Origin: Yuukianura sp. NJ FZ-2021
Taxonomy: Eukaryota
Assembly (NCBI GenBank): GCA_046563655.1
Contig: CM102290.1
Location: 3,224,001 to 3,288,000, forward strand
Direction: 5' to 3'
DNA: 64,000 nucleotides
The notes beneath the pieces are model-generated. The model saw only the letters and a list, made by a program, of their open reading frames with translations. It made no database searches and was not told the DNA's origin. Each line of letters begins with the position of its first letter. Position 1 is the first letter of the stretch. The translations under genes and the position numbers were made by a program. Positions 11,361 to 23,200 of the stretch are shown here, one piece after another.

Positions 11361-14300
11361 TTAAAAGGTTTTAAAGCTGTTAACACGTTTTTTTAAAAAA
11401 CTTTTCCGGCCTTTGCTTATTAGTATTAGGTAGCGAAACCTAACTTTACAGGCATGCGCGTGTGTGTCAATCTGTCTGGGTGTATGTATTGCTCTTGAAC
11501 CTTTTGTTTCAATAGTTGGCAAATTCCGCTTACTTTCAGGAGCATCTGTGACATCATACTTTACTTCTTCATCTGAGTCTATATCCGAAAATGAGGCCTG
11601 TTCTCCCGGAGGCGGACTAAGAGACACATTGCCTGGTGGACTACCAATACTGCTGCTACAAGTTGAGCCAACCCTTTGAAGTGGTGATGGGGGAATGGCT
11701 TTCATTGATGGGTGATTGGCGATCCTGTCGTGTTGAGCAACAAAGGCATGGAACATCGAAAAGCCATTACTGCCACTGTCTACATTTTCGACGTCTTCTG
11801 GAGGGATAAGATTGGAACAATAGATGTAATCAGTAGGGCTTGAAGAAATGTCATCGAAGATCGGAAACAGAGCTCCATCCGGAATACCTAGAATGGAATC
11901 TAATTCGTTGTAATCCTCGTCAGTTCCAGGGGACTGAGGAGCAGTAGAAATGAATTCAGGCCCATGTCTGTCTTGAATGATGCTCCCAGAGTCATTTCTC
12001 CCACTCAACTTCTCATCTTCCGTCAGCTTCGCATTCAGTAGTTCTGACAAACTTGGTCTTGGTTCCTCTGCCATATCGACTGACTTAGGTGATGACATTG
12101 GACTTTCTCCTGTTTCTGCGTCTGAGATGTTCTCGTATATTAGCTGGGATTCGTTGCATCTTTCTTCAACTTTGGTAGAGATAGGTGACGCTGGTGAGGA
12201 ATTATCCTCTGCTTTTGCGTAAGATATTTCCACAATTGTGTCACGTTCTGTTGTTCCCGCTTCGACCTTGGTCAACGCTGGTGACATTAATGGAGAAGTT
12301 TCTTTCGCTTCTGCATCGGGAGTCATATCAACTAATTTGCGATCACCAGCCTTTTCTAGTACATAAGCCGTCGACATAGGTGGCGCCGGTGCAGAAGCGT
12401 TCTCCACCATTTCAAGTTCTGGAAATGTTTCGCCTACTTCGGTTGACGACCTAAGAGGGACTTCAGCTTCTGCATCAGAAGCGTTTTCGATCATTTCAAG
12501 CGCTGGAAATTTATCAGCTGCTTCTGGTGGCGATGTAGGAGGGTCTTCAGCTTCATCATCAAAAGCGTTTTCATTCAGTTCAAGTTCGGGAAATTTCTCA
12601 TTTACCTCTGTTGGCGATGTAGGAGGGTCTTCAGCTTCATCATCAAAAGCGTTTTCATTCAGTTCAAGTTCGGGAAATTTCTCATTTACCTCTGTTGGCG
12701 ATGTAGGAGGGTCTTCAGCTTCTGCATCAGAATCATTTTCGATCATTTCAAGCTCTGGAAATTTATCAGCAACTTCTGGTGGCGATGTAGAAGGCTCTTC
12801 AGCTTCATTATGAAAAGCATTTTCCATCAGTTGAAGTTCGGGAAATCTCTCATTTACTTCTGATGGCGATCCAGTAGGGTCTTCCGCTTCTGCATCAGAG
12901 GTGTTTTCAATCGGATGACGTTGGGGAAATTTCTCATCTACTTCTGTTGGCGAGGAAGGAGAGTCTTCAGGTTCTGCATCAGAGGCGTTTTCAATCGGTT
13001 GACGTTGGGGAAATTTCTCATCTACTTCTGTTGGCGAGGAAGGAGAGTCTTCAGGTTCTGCATCAGAGGCGTTTTCAATCGGTTGACGTTGGGGAAATTT
13101 CTCATCTACTTCTATTGGCGAGGAAGGAGAGTCTTCAGCTTCTGCATCAGAAGCGTTCTCAATCATTTGAAGTCTGGGAAATCTCTCATCTATTTCTGTT
13201 GACGATCTAGGTGGGTCCCCTTCAGTTTCATCATCAGAAGCGTTTTCGACCATTTGTAGCACTGGAAATTTAACTTCTACTTCTGTTGGCAATCCAGTAG
13301 TGTCTTCAGTTTCATCATCAAAAGCGTGCTTAACCAATTGAAGTTTGGGAAATTCTTCATCTACTTGTGTTAGCGATCCAGTAGGGTCTTCCGCTTCATC
13401 ATCAGAAGCATGATCAATCAGTCGAACCTTGGAAACCTGCTCATCAATTTCTGTTGGCGATCTAGGGTTTTCAATTTCTGGAACAAAGGCAATGCTAGGT
13501 TTATGTAACCGAATTGTAATTCTACAACAGGTTGTCCAACAAGCTACCACGCCGGTAGGATTTCTGTATCTGGGGCCATGAAACTTTTTTCCAAGTTTTT
13601 TGGTCAAAATTTTCGAAAAAAAAATTTTTTTTTCGTTTTTTTTCACTTTTTATCATTTTTTTTAAGTTTTTTTTTTTTAAATTTTTTTTTCGAACAAGAT
13701 TCCTTAAAATTTATTCCGGCAGTTTAATATAGACACAACAGAACTGTATTATAAGTAATAAATTTCATCATATTTTATCATGTTTCAAACTTTCAAAATT
13801 AAAAAAAAAATTGGTATATATTCTAGTTGACCTCTGACCTCAAGGAGTGGTTGTAATGTCATAGTCCATAGGACAAAATTTATTTCCCTCATGATTCTGA
13901 ACAATTTTCATAAGGATCACTTTTGAGATTGTCAGGGGTGCCCATTTTATTTTCTGGACTTAGAAAATTTTCGTCCAAAATCGCAAAAATATGAGAAGGG
14001 GGGACCCTTGAGGTCAAAAATTTTTTTTGCTCCAAACGTTCCAAAAACTTTTGAGACATGATAAAAAGTGAAAAAACGAAAAAAAAAAAACTATCGAAAA
14101 TTTTGACCAAGAAACTTGGAAAAAAAGTTTCATGGCCCAAGAAACGGAAATCCAACCAGCACGCCATTGCTCCGAATGAATTGGTCCAGCGTTTTCTACT
14201 CAAGCGTTTTCGACTATTTCAAGCACGGGAAATTTACCTCCTACTTCTGTTGGCAATCCTTCAGTTTCATCATCAAAACCGTGCTTAACCAATTGAAGTT

Positions 14301-17287
14301 TGGGAAATTCTTCATCTACTTCTGTTACCGATCCAGTAGGGTCTTCCGCTTTATCATCAGAAGCGTCATCAATCAGTCGAACCTTTGGAAATTGCTCATC
14401 TACTTCTGTTGGCGATCCAGTAGTGTCTTCCGCTTCATCATCAGAAGCGTGATCAATCAGTGGATCTTTGGGCGATTGCTCATCTATTTCTGTTGGCGAT
14501 CCAGCAGGGTCTTCAATTTCTGGATCAAAAGCAATGTTAGGTTTAGGTAACCGAATTGTAATTCCTACAACAGGTTGTCCAACAAGCTAGCACGCCGGTT
14601 AGATTTCCGTTTCTGGGGCCATGAAACTTTTTTACAAGTCTTTTGGTCATAATTTTCGAAAAAAAATTTTTCTTTATATATGGGAAATCCAAAACAAAAG
14701 TCTCCAAACGTTCCAAAAACGTTTGAGACATGATATAGGTTTTCAATAATCTTGCTTCAAACAACTTTTGGCACCAATTCAGCACCAATTCCATTTGGAT
14801 TACATGCAAACAATTACCATAAAACGGAAGATTTAATATTTTCAAACAATTTTAAAACTTCGACTTATTGGACAACCTTCTGTAGAGAAAAAAAATATAT
14901 TTCTTTTTGTTGGTTTACGAACCTTCATCAGAAGCGCTCGCAATGGGTTGAAGTTCTGCAGCGTTCCTTCGCTGCGACAAGTATTCAGCGGCAGCTTCAT
15001 TTGCCAATTGTTTTGCAACTTCCTTTGGTTGATTATGAGTATTTTTAATGTGGCGATCGAGGTTGTCTTTACGCCTAAACGCCGTAGTGCAAATCCAGCA
15101 TTTAAATGGGCGTTCGCCTGAAATCATTCGAGAAAGTAGTTGCGTATCTGATGCGTAACAAGCGCTGATTGATTATAATACCAACGTTTGTTTTATGGGA
15201 TAACCAGAATTTATTACCAGAATGTATAACCATGTGACGACGGAGATCCTTGCTGTTTGAAAAAGCTCTTGAGCACTGATCACAGGCAAATGGACGTTCA
15301 CTGGAATGTGTCCTCAGGTGAAGATCTAGTGTCCATTTGAGTCCAAAGCTTTTCCCACAGTGAGTACACATAAAAGGACGTTCGCCTGTTTCATAAAATA
15401 AAAGTTTAAAAGTTAATTACTTCACTTCATTCAAAAATTCAATTTTCAACACTGTTCAATTTACCTGTGTGCGTTATAACATGCTTCTTGAGGTTCGTCA
15501 TCCCAGTAAATCGTTTGTCGCAGTAGTCACAGGAGAACGGACGTTCTCCAGTATGAATGAGAAGGTGAGAGCGCATGGCTTGAGTGTTGGCAAAACCGCG
15601 GCCGCACGTTGGGCAAACAAACGGTTTTTCACCAGTATGAGAGCGCATATGTCGTGTCACTTTTCCACGCTGATTAAAGCCTTTGCCGCACTTGGGACAA
15701 GTGTATGGCCGCTCTCCTATTACAAAAGTAATTTTACAAAAATTTCCATCTTAGCATCCAGAATTTTTAAAATTTTCAAAACATCCAAACTTAACCAACC
15801 CGTATGAGTTCGAATGTGGTATTCGAAATGGGATTTGGCAATGAATCCTTGGCCACACTCCTGACACTTGAAAGGTTTTCTCCCGTTTTGGCAAAATTCG
15901 TGGTATTTGATGTGCGCTTTCGTTTTAAATTTCTTCATACAAATTCCGCATTGATAAAGTAAGGGGTCGCCTGAAAATTAGCAAATTATGAAGAATGTTA
16001 AAAAACAAAGATTTTTTTCTGAAAAATCATAACCAAACTTACCACTAACGATGGAAATATGGTCGTAAATAGTCACAGGATTTCGCTTTTTCTTTGTTTT
16101 TCGTTCCGCATCACAACTTTCATTCGGTAAATGATTTTCTGGCGTATCGTCTAGTGCATCTTCCTCATGAATACCGTTAGTCTGAGAAGCATCTACGGAA
16201 TGAGACAGAGATGAGCTACTTGTCGTGGAGGATGTTCCAGGGGATGTTCCACCGTCGGGAGACAAACTCTTGGCAGGGGAATGCCGTTTCTTGACTGGAA
16301 GTTCCGGATGTGAGGATCTCGTAAAATCAGTCGGAGTTATCGTAACCGCAAATTGTTCCGGCGGAAGACTCTTCTTCTCGGGCAGCGTTCGGCCATTTTC
16401 AGCAGAACGCCTTGATTTTCGTTTGCTACAGCTATCCGGAGGAGGTGTGGGCGTGCTATGGTGAAATCCATTGGTTAGAGTAGATCCAAGACCAAGTCCT
16501 AGACACGCAGAACTGGAAATGGTTGAAGGGACATGATTTTCAGGAGGAGTGCGGATTTGGGAAGCGTAGGAAATTGGTGGTTGTGGGGGTGGGGGTGGAA
16601 GGACGGAGGGATGACGGAATCCATTGGTCGGAGCTGGCCGTCCATTCAAGCTCGGCGTAGAGGGGCGAAGAGGTGGGGCTGAAAAAGAAGTGGTTGAGCG
16701 GTGTCGGCTACTGCGCAGAACACGATCAGATTCCTGGGCAGGAGGAGGAGCTTTAACCCGACGACTGGCAGCTTGGTGACATTGTAAGCAACCGGACTGA
16801 TTTGTAATCAAGCACCTTCGACATTTGACATGTTTGCAACATCCTTCTTGAACTGGTTGTCCAGTACTGTTGATGAGGCTGAAGAGTTCAAAGCATTCTG
16901 GACAAGTTGCAGTACCTGTCCAAATTTCAAACAATATATGATCTTAATGTTGCATAGTTTATCTAAAAAATATTCAGTCAAAACTTTCTCCATGTAACAC
17001 CAGTTCCATTGTTTGACAAAAGGAACAACTTTTTTGTTTCATGGTCCCAACATTTTTAGAAATTGAAAAAAAGTTTTCGGCTGAGGCCGCTTCTATATTT
17101 TTTTAAACCGCTTGGCAATGGCTTAAAAAAAACCTTGAGAAAACTTACCGTAGAGATCAATGAAGTATCTCCTCTCCGCTTGCGCGTCTCTCACGACGAC
17201 ATTTTGTTGAGATGTCGCCTGTTGCATCTGCGAATGGAGACCGGATGCTTCCCTCACATTTTGTCCAGTCACTGGCTTCCGGGCCAT
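11361..17287 (-). CDS. RING-finger + 8 C2H2-type zinc-finger protein with a C-terminal acidic 28-aa tandem-repeat region
   Basis: Exons 17287-17149, 16915-16043, 15970-15800, 15716-15465, 15385-15218, 15117-14923, 14519-14238 and 13477-11361 all join in phase 1. RING-like CPEC...CCKHVKCRRC...CLQC. Fingers have TGEKP/TGERP linkers; the first is C2HC. The 3' end is uncertain (stop at 11361 or a donor near 11450). Confidence 0.82.
12390..13477 (-). repeat. Coding tandem repeat, 13 units of 84 bp (28 aa, EAEDPPTSPTEVDEKFPELxxIENASDA)
   Basis: Units are visible in both DNA and translation, with some adjacent units near-identical. About 3 more units at 14519-14238. Confidence 0.95.
13525..14165. 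mobile_element. Longer, right-truncated copy of the TA-flanked MITE, with internal inverted repeats of about 110 bp
   Basis: Begins TA-CAACAGGTTGTCCAACAAG like the 14568 copy. 13548-13657 is an imperfect reverse complement of 14058-14162. Confidence 0.65.
14568..14882. mobile_element. Tc1/mariner-like MITE in an intron of the zinc-finger gene
   Basis: TA on both flanks. Imperfect TIRs CAACAGGTTGTCCAACAAG and CTTATTGGACAACCTTCTG. Confidence 0.7.
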
Positions 17288-20200
17288 TACAAACTAAAAG
17301 TGGCAACAACACGACAAGTCCAGTCAAAATCAAATTTTCTTTTCTTTTCTGTACTAATGTCCTAAAAAATTTAAAAGTTAACTTTATATTAAATTTTTAA
17401 ATTTCAAGGAGAAAGGTTTTTTTTTATGTTAACCACTTCCAAAATCAAAAACCTCAAGAACCATTGATCATGCTGCAATTATTCTGTGCTCAAGAGTGAT
17501 TTTGTGATGATGAATGCAAGAATGGCAATGGGAATAAAAAGAATTTTGAATAAAAAATGAATTTTGGATTTCTCTTTCGAATTTTTGTTATTCGGTATAA
17601 AAGAGATAATTGTTTAAGAAAAAATGAGACTAGGATTTTAGAAAAACAATCTTCATTTTGTTGAGTACACGGACGGGAATTTTCTTGCAAAAACCGAAAC
17701 CGCTTCCATCACACCCCATCACCCCAAATTTTCTTTTCAATCATTTTCATAAAACTGAATTTTATGAAATTTTGTCATGCTGCAAGTTATGAGATGCTAC
17801 TCTCCGTGTCACACCAACTTCTTCCATTTTCCTGAAAAATCAAAGGAAAACAATTTATAAATTGTTACGAACCAAGAAAAAAAAAATTCAAAAACGTCCT
17901 AACTTTCAAAACGTTAAACTTCCAAAAAAAATGTTGCCACGTTATTTCAATATCTCTCATTCATAAAGTTTAAAAGACCTTTGAAACTTTACATAAAACA
18001 AAATTTCAAAACTGTATACTCTCCGTATTCCATAGTTCAATTTACGTTTAGCGTTGAACAAATTTCAGAGTTGACACGTCGACACATTAACTTGACACCA
18101 TCGAGCCCACCAATTTTCAATATCTCACTATACTTGACACAATCGACGGAGTCATCCAGGCCGAGCACATGACCAGGAAGACCACCACAACCGTATCGGA
18201 CCACTTCCAACGCTGCCACCATTTACACATAACCTAAAATTTTAAACAAAAACCAAAATTAGTGACACATAAACACACACTGTCATAAATCATTCATTTG
18301 CGTCCAAGTAAAAAAAATAGCGCAAATCATCAGCATCTTAACGCCTTTCACACTCACAGCATCTTGTCTCAGTCAGCACTTCGAAAAAGTTAACAAAAAC
18401 ACGTTCCGTTGTTGTATAAACTAAAAAACGAACCGAAAAAAAGAGGGGCAATTCCATAATATTGTTTACAGTTTGAAATTCTATATGCCACTGTCATCAA
18501 AAAGCTTCAACTTCCTAGAATTCGCTCCAAATTCCAATTGTTATATTTTGACAATTTCAGCACGTCGCCTTTTCAACTCCCAATGAAATTTGCTCCTGAA
18601 ACTTCATCTCTGATTACCACGCCAAATGTAATCAACTACACCAATACACAACCTCAAATCCAAACCAAATTCAAAACACGACCAAAATTTTAATTAATTC
18701 TCTACCTATACACCACTTCATCCAATTTCCAAATCCAACAAATCTCCCGGGATTTTTTGAGACAAAAAAAAAACTTTTGAAATCGAATTGATCATATTTC
18801 GATCATACACACAAGTCTGCTGAATCTAATCCAAAAAAAAATGATCCGCAAATTGTATTATTTACTTCCGTGCTAAAATCCGCAAACGTCTTTTTGTCCT
18901 TGGTAAAGACTTTACTTTTATAACATATTTTAAGTATTTATTCCAAGATGGAAAATTTGTATCAAATTCTTTTTAAAACTCCTTCCCAAGGTAATCCTTC
19001 CACAAAAGTCCAAAGTCCGCTAAAAAAAAGCAGAGCATCCTTGTTCTGCGATGTGAAATTTGCACGTTTTGGAACCTTGCAAAAAGTTTCAGGGCCATTG
19101 TACTCCCAAGGTTTGAACAGTTCATTCCACACACATATACACCAAAAAAAATTGTTTTGCAACCATACTTAAGGTTTAGTTGGTTGTGGTAAGGATAGCC
19201 ACGTGCTTCCAACTGCATTTTAATATCGACCACCACAATCAGCTTAATATACTAAAAAGTACAAAATGCATGTGAAATTAAATCCAGAGAAAAACTAGTC
19301 CTTGTCAGGGTTAATTCCCACGTACAGATGCAAACTAATAGTAGTACATCCTTCTCCAAATAGTAAATGGGAGATTGGCCTTCAGAATTAAGGTCAAATT
19401 GCCCACAACATAAGTTCACTTTATACAAAAATTTCTAAATTCTGCCAAATGGCATGGCAAGTCCATAAATTTACTGGAAATGGCACAGGGTCCAATTTTT
19501 ATATTTCAGTAAAAAATAATTATGTTTGCTATATGTTCTTGCTTCATTTTCAACTAAAAATTAGAGTTTACGTTCCTTTGAATAAACTTTTAGAACAACT
19601 TCTATGCATAATTGAATCTTACGGCATTCCACTTCCGCGTTCAAAGTTCAAAACAACTTTCCAAGTGACACAAATAAGACAATAGAAGTGCAACCTACTG
19701 AAAAACAACCTGTGGAACATGACATGGACAACTTAAAGTTAAAAGAGGGCAGGAAGCAGCATTTCTGATGTCACCGAATCATGGAATCCTGGAGGGTCCT
19801 TGACAACCACTTCCCTGTCCACTTAAGGTCCTTGGCTCTACTTTCCTTTCAAATACAGCGCTATGCATAAGTTCAGTGCAATGGGCGGTGAAAGCTCAAC
19901 TTTCACTGTCATTTAAAAAAAATCAACTTTGCCCAAAAGTATGTCAACCTCAACCTGTTTTAAAATCCATTATTCTGAAATAACACAACTTACGTGGGTG
20001 ATTTTCCAAAAAACACTTCCCGAAAAACACTAAAAAAATGAAATCATTTGGAACGAGGTCAAAGAGACCAAAAAACGGCACAATTTGTGTCACTATTCCA
20101 TTGCAGCTGCTATTCTAATAAATACTTCCTGACGTTCTGCTTTCCAAGCTTTCCCCAGATTCCAAATACCCTTGGGACTGAGCTATCCTTGCTGCTTTCG

Positions 20201-23200
20201 TTCACTTTTGACCTTGGTGCACTTTGGTTGCAGCAGTAAGTTTTCAATAATAGGCCACTCTAGCTTTCACTTCCACTTTCTCCATTTGACCGCCTTTTAC
20301 ATCCTAATACCCTAACCTAACTTCCTCATCCAGGAACAAACCAAACGCCAAGACCTTCATTAATCCACCCACTTTTACCCTAACATTCTTAACCTAACTT
20401 TACGTAAGCCTTCCAACCACATCAAACACATTAAATTATTAAACACAATTAAGTACCCCTACCAATTTCATCCAGGTGAGTTTCAAGGACCGCAAACTAA
20501 CACTTCCTTTCTCTGCTTTCACCAATTAATTCCTCATTCTAACTCATTTTCAACCTTGATGCCCCTGAAGTGCCACATTTCGAAAGTTTCGAAAAGTACA
20601 CTTAGAAACATCTTTGTTAACTTGTTTCCAGAAGAACGTCGTTTAAGAACAAGATTTCTTAGCGCCTGATAACCTCGACCTCATAAAATCTCCAACGTGA
20701 CAATCCGTCAACCAACTTTATCTCAACACCCATAAATCTTACTGGCACCTCCATTGAAATGTATTCACAAACTGCAAACTGTGACAAGAAATGTTCAATA
20801 CCAAGAAAATGTCGGATCCAAAATCATTTCTATCCAACTTTTCCCATTCCAAGTGCCAATGTGAAATAATAATGTAAAACTTAAGTTATTCCAGACTCAA
20901 CAAAGCAATTTAGTTAAACTAACAAAACTACGAACTTAATCTTTTTTAACGTAAATGACCCTTGTTCCCTCTTCCAGAACGTGTCATTTTGTTCAACATG
21001 ACAATTATCAAAAACTATTCGGACATTAACAAGAAGCAACCCGAAACGCTAAATACAAAATATCCATAGACTTTCAAGTTGAAAGTTTCAACTCGTTCCT
21101 CGAAGTATTAGTGTTCGCTTTAAACAGTGTGAAAAATCATAATTTGTTAATGATGGTTGAGTCATGTCAAAAATTTAGAGCAATTTGAGTGGTGACAGAG
21201 TGAGTGGTCATTAAAGGCTCCCACTTTTCAAAACAAAGGATCCAAATTTTACTGACTTGACACTACTAACCAACTCAGAAATCTAACTGGATCAAAGGTC
21301 TAACCAAAAAGTCATAAACATTCGATCATTTCAGTTGTCTAAAAAACAACACTTTTCCACAAGTTAAATTTATGTCCTTGTAAAATTATGTTCTTCGCTT
21401 GTCCTTTTTTACCAAATAGCACCATCAAATTTTTAAAATGCGAAACTTCTTTCTTAATTAATGCATCCAGCGTCACAAAACTGCTTCTGCGCATTACAGA
21501 ATCTGGACAAGCATTTCCTGGTTCAGGTCCACTTTAAATTAACATGTGCTTCTGAATGCACGTTTGCGGGAAAAACGAGGTAGAAAAACTACAATGACCA
21601 TGACCATGACCATGACTTGAAAAAAGTAAATTTCACAAAAGTTGGATTTTAGAGCTCTATAAAAACTTAAATGCAATTCTGTACATGATCTAAAGTTCAC
21701 CTACACTACTGAGAGCAAAAACAAAAATTAATTTCATAACAAAACAAAACCCAGAAATTTCACACGTTCATTTCCCAAGGTATGATTTCTCATTTCTAAA
21801 AAAGATCTGATCGCATGAATCCGTGTAAAATTTACTGTTGTGTACGCTAAAAACATTAAAAACTAAATTGCTGAGCTTCGCAAGCTAAACAGACTTTTTT
21901 AAATCTGCAAAATTTTGGCAATATATTTGAAAAATGGGATTTTACGTGCATGTGTGAAATAATTAAAAGGAACGAAGGGGAGGGACAAAGAGAAACACAA
22001 CAGCGCCATAAATTCATATAATTTTAAGTGCTAAAAATTACGATTATTTCAATTTTCAATAAAATTCTGATTTTATCCCACGTGGCTCTCACAAGGAGGA
22101 AATGTACTTTTCCTTATAACTTTTTGCATCTATTTCAAGGTCAAATTTACCTCACCAACAACCCATCTCAAAAAACTACTTAACTTAAGCATAAAACTTA
22201 TCCAGCACCTCCCTGCTACTGCAAAAAAAATTCTGCATAAGGTTGCATGGTGCATAAGTATAAAAGTAATTTAAGAATGCAAAATCTACCTCGTCAACCA
22301 TCATTCCAAAAAAGAAAATTATCCACTCAATTTAGTTTGAGGTGATCTCATAAACATATACGACTACAGAAATCAAGTTTTTTGCTTGAAATTTTTTTCT
22401 TTCGAAATTTCGTAATTATATAAATCATTATATGTTAAGCATGTTGCACTTGGTGCAGTTCTTTACAAATCAAGAATCGTGAAGAACGTTGCAACTTTTC
22501 TGACTTTCAAGGATAAAATTCCATCACTTTTTCCAAATTTTTCAAAAAAAAAAAAAAAAAGAAAGTGAAAATGATGTTAACCTGACCTGACTACGATGGA
22601 CATCATCCCGGAACCCATTCATCTTCAACGACTCTTTGGCATGGTAGTACAAGTAGTAGGCATTCTTCGTCGCTGCCAATGTATTCCAAAACTGGTAATT
22701 CCAAACCGAACTCCAGGTCGTGTCACCATAGTTCAAACTCATTTTGAATGGCAATGGGGAAAGGACTTGAAAATTCGGGAGGTCAAAAGATCACTGGACT
22801 AATTTTTGCGTTCAATTGACTTTCACCACTTACAAAGACTAATATTGGCTCAGCCTTGCAATTTTAGAGACAGACGTGACATCATAGACATTTCAAATAA
22901 AAAAAACTGCTCAATTTTTTTTTGTCTCCTGTATAGTTTGTGGCCTCATACTCGTTACCACAGAGGTTTTTTCAAAAAGAAACTAACCATACGCTACGCT
23001 TTCAAAAAAAAAAAAAAATCTAAAAATGCATTTAGGTTTTTGACTTTGAGCCAAATTCAAATTGAAATAAAAGTCAAGACAAAAGTCAAATTTTATGACT
23101 GAGGCTAGACGCTGTTGACAAAAAAAAAAACTAAAAACTAAAACCGCGACAATTTAGTATCACTTTCAAAAATTCGCAAAAACAAAATTCTATTTTCCAC

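Noticed and set aside
13478..13646. N-terminal part of the 761-aa ORF (MKKNEKKIFF...)
   Set aside because: It is intron and MITE sequence; the exon starts at the acceptor at 13477.
22588..22754. Possible coding exon MSLNYGDTTWSSVWNYQFW...
   Set aside because: No homology recognised and no in-frame partner exon identified.
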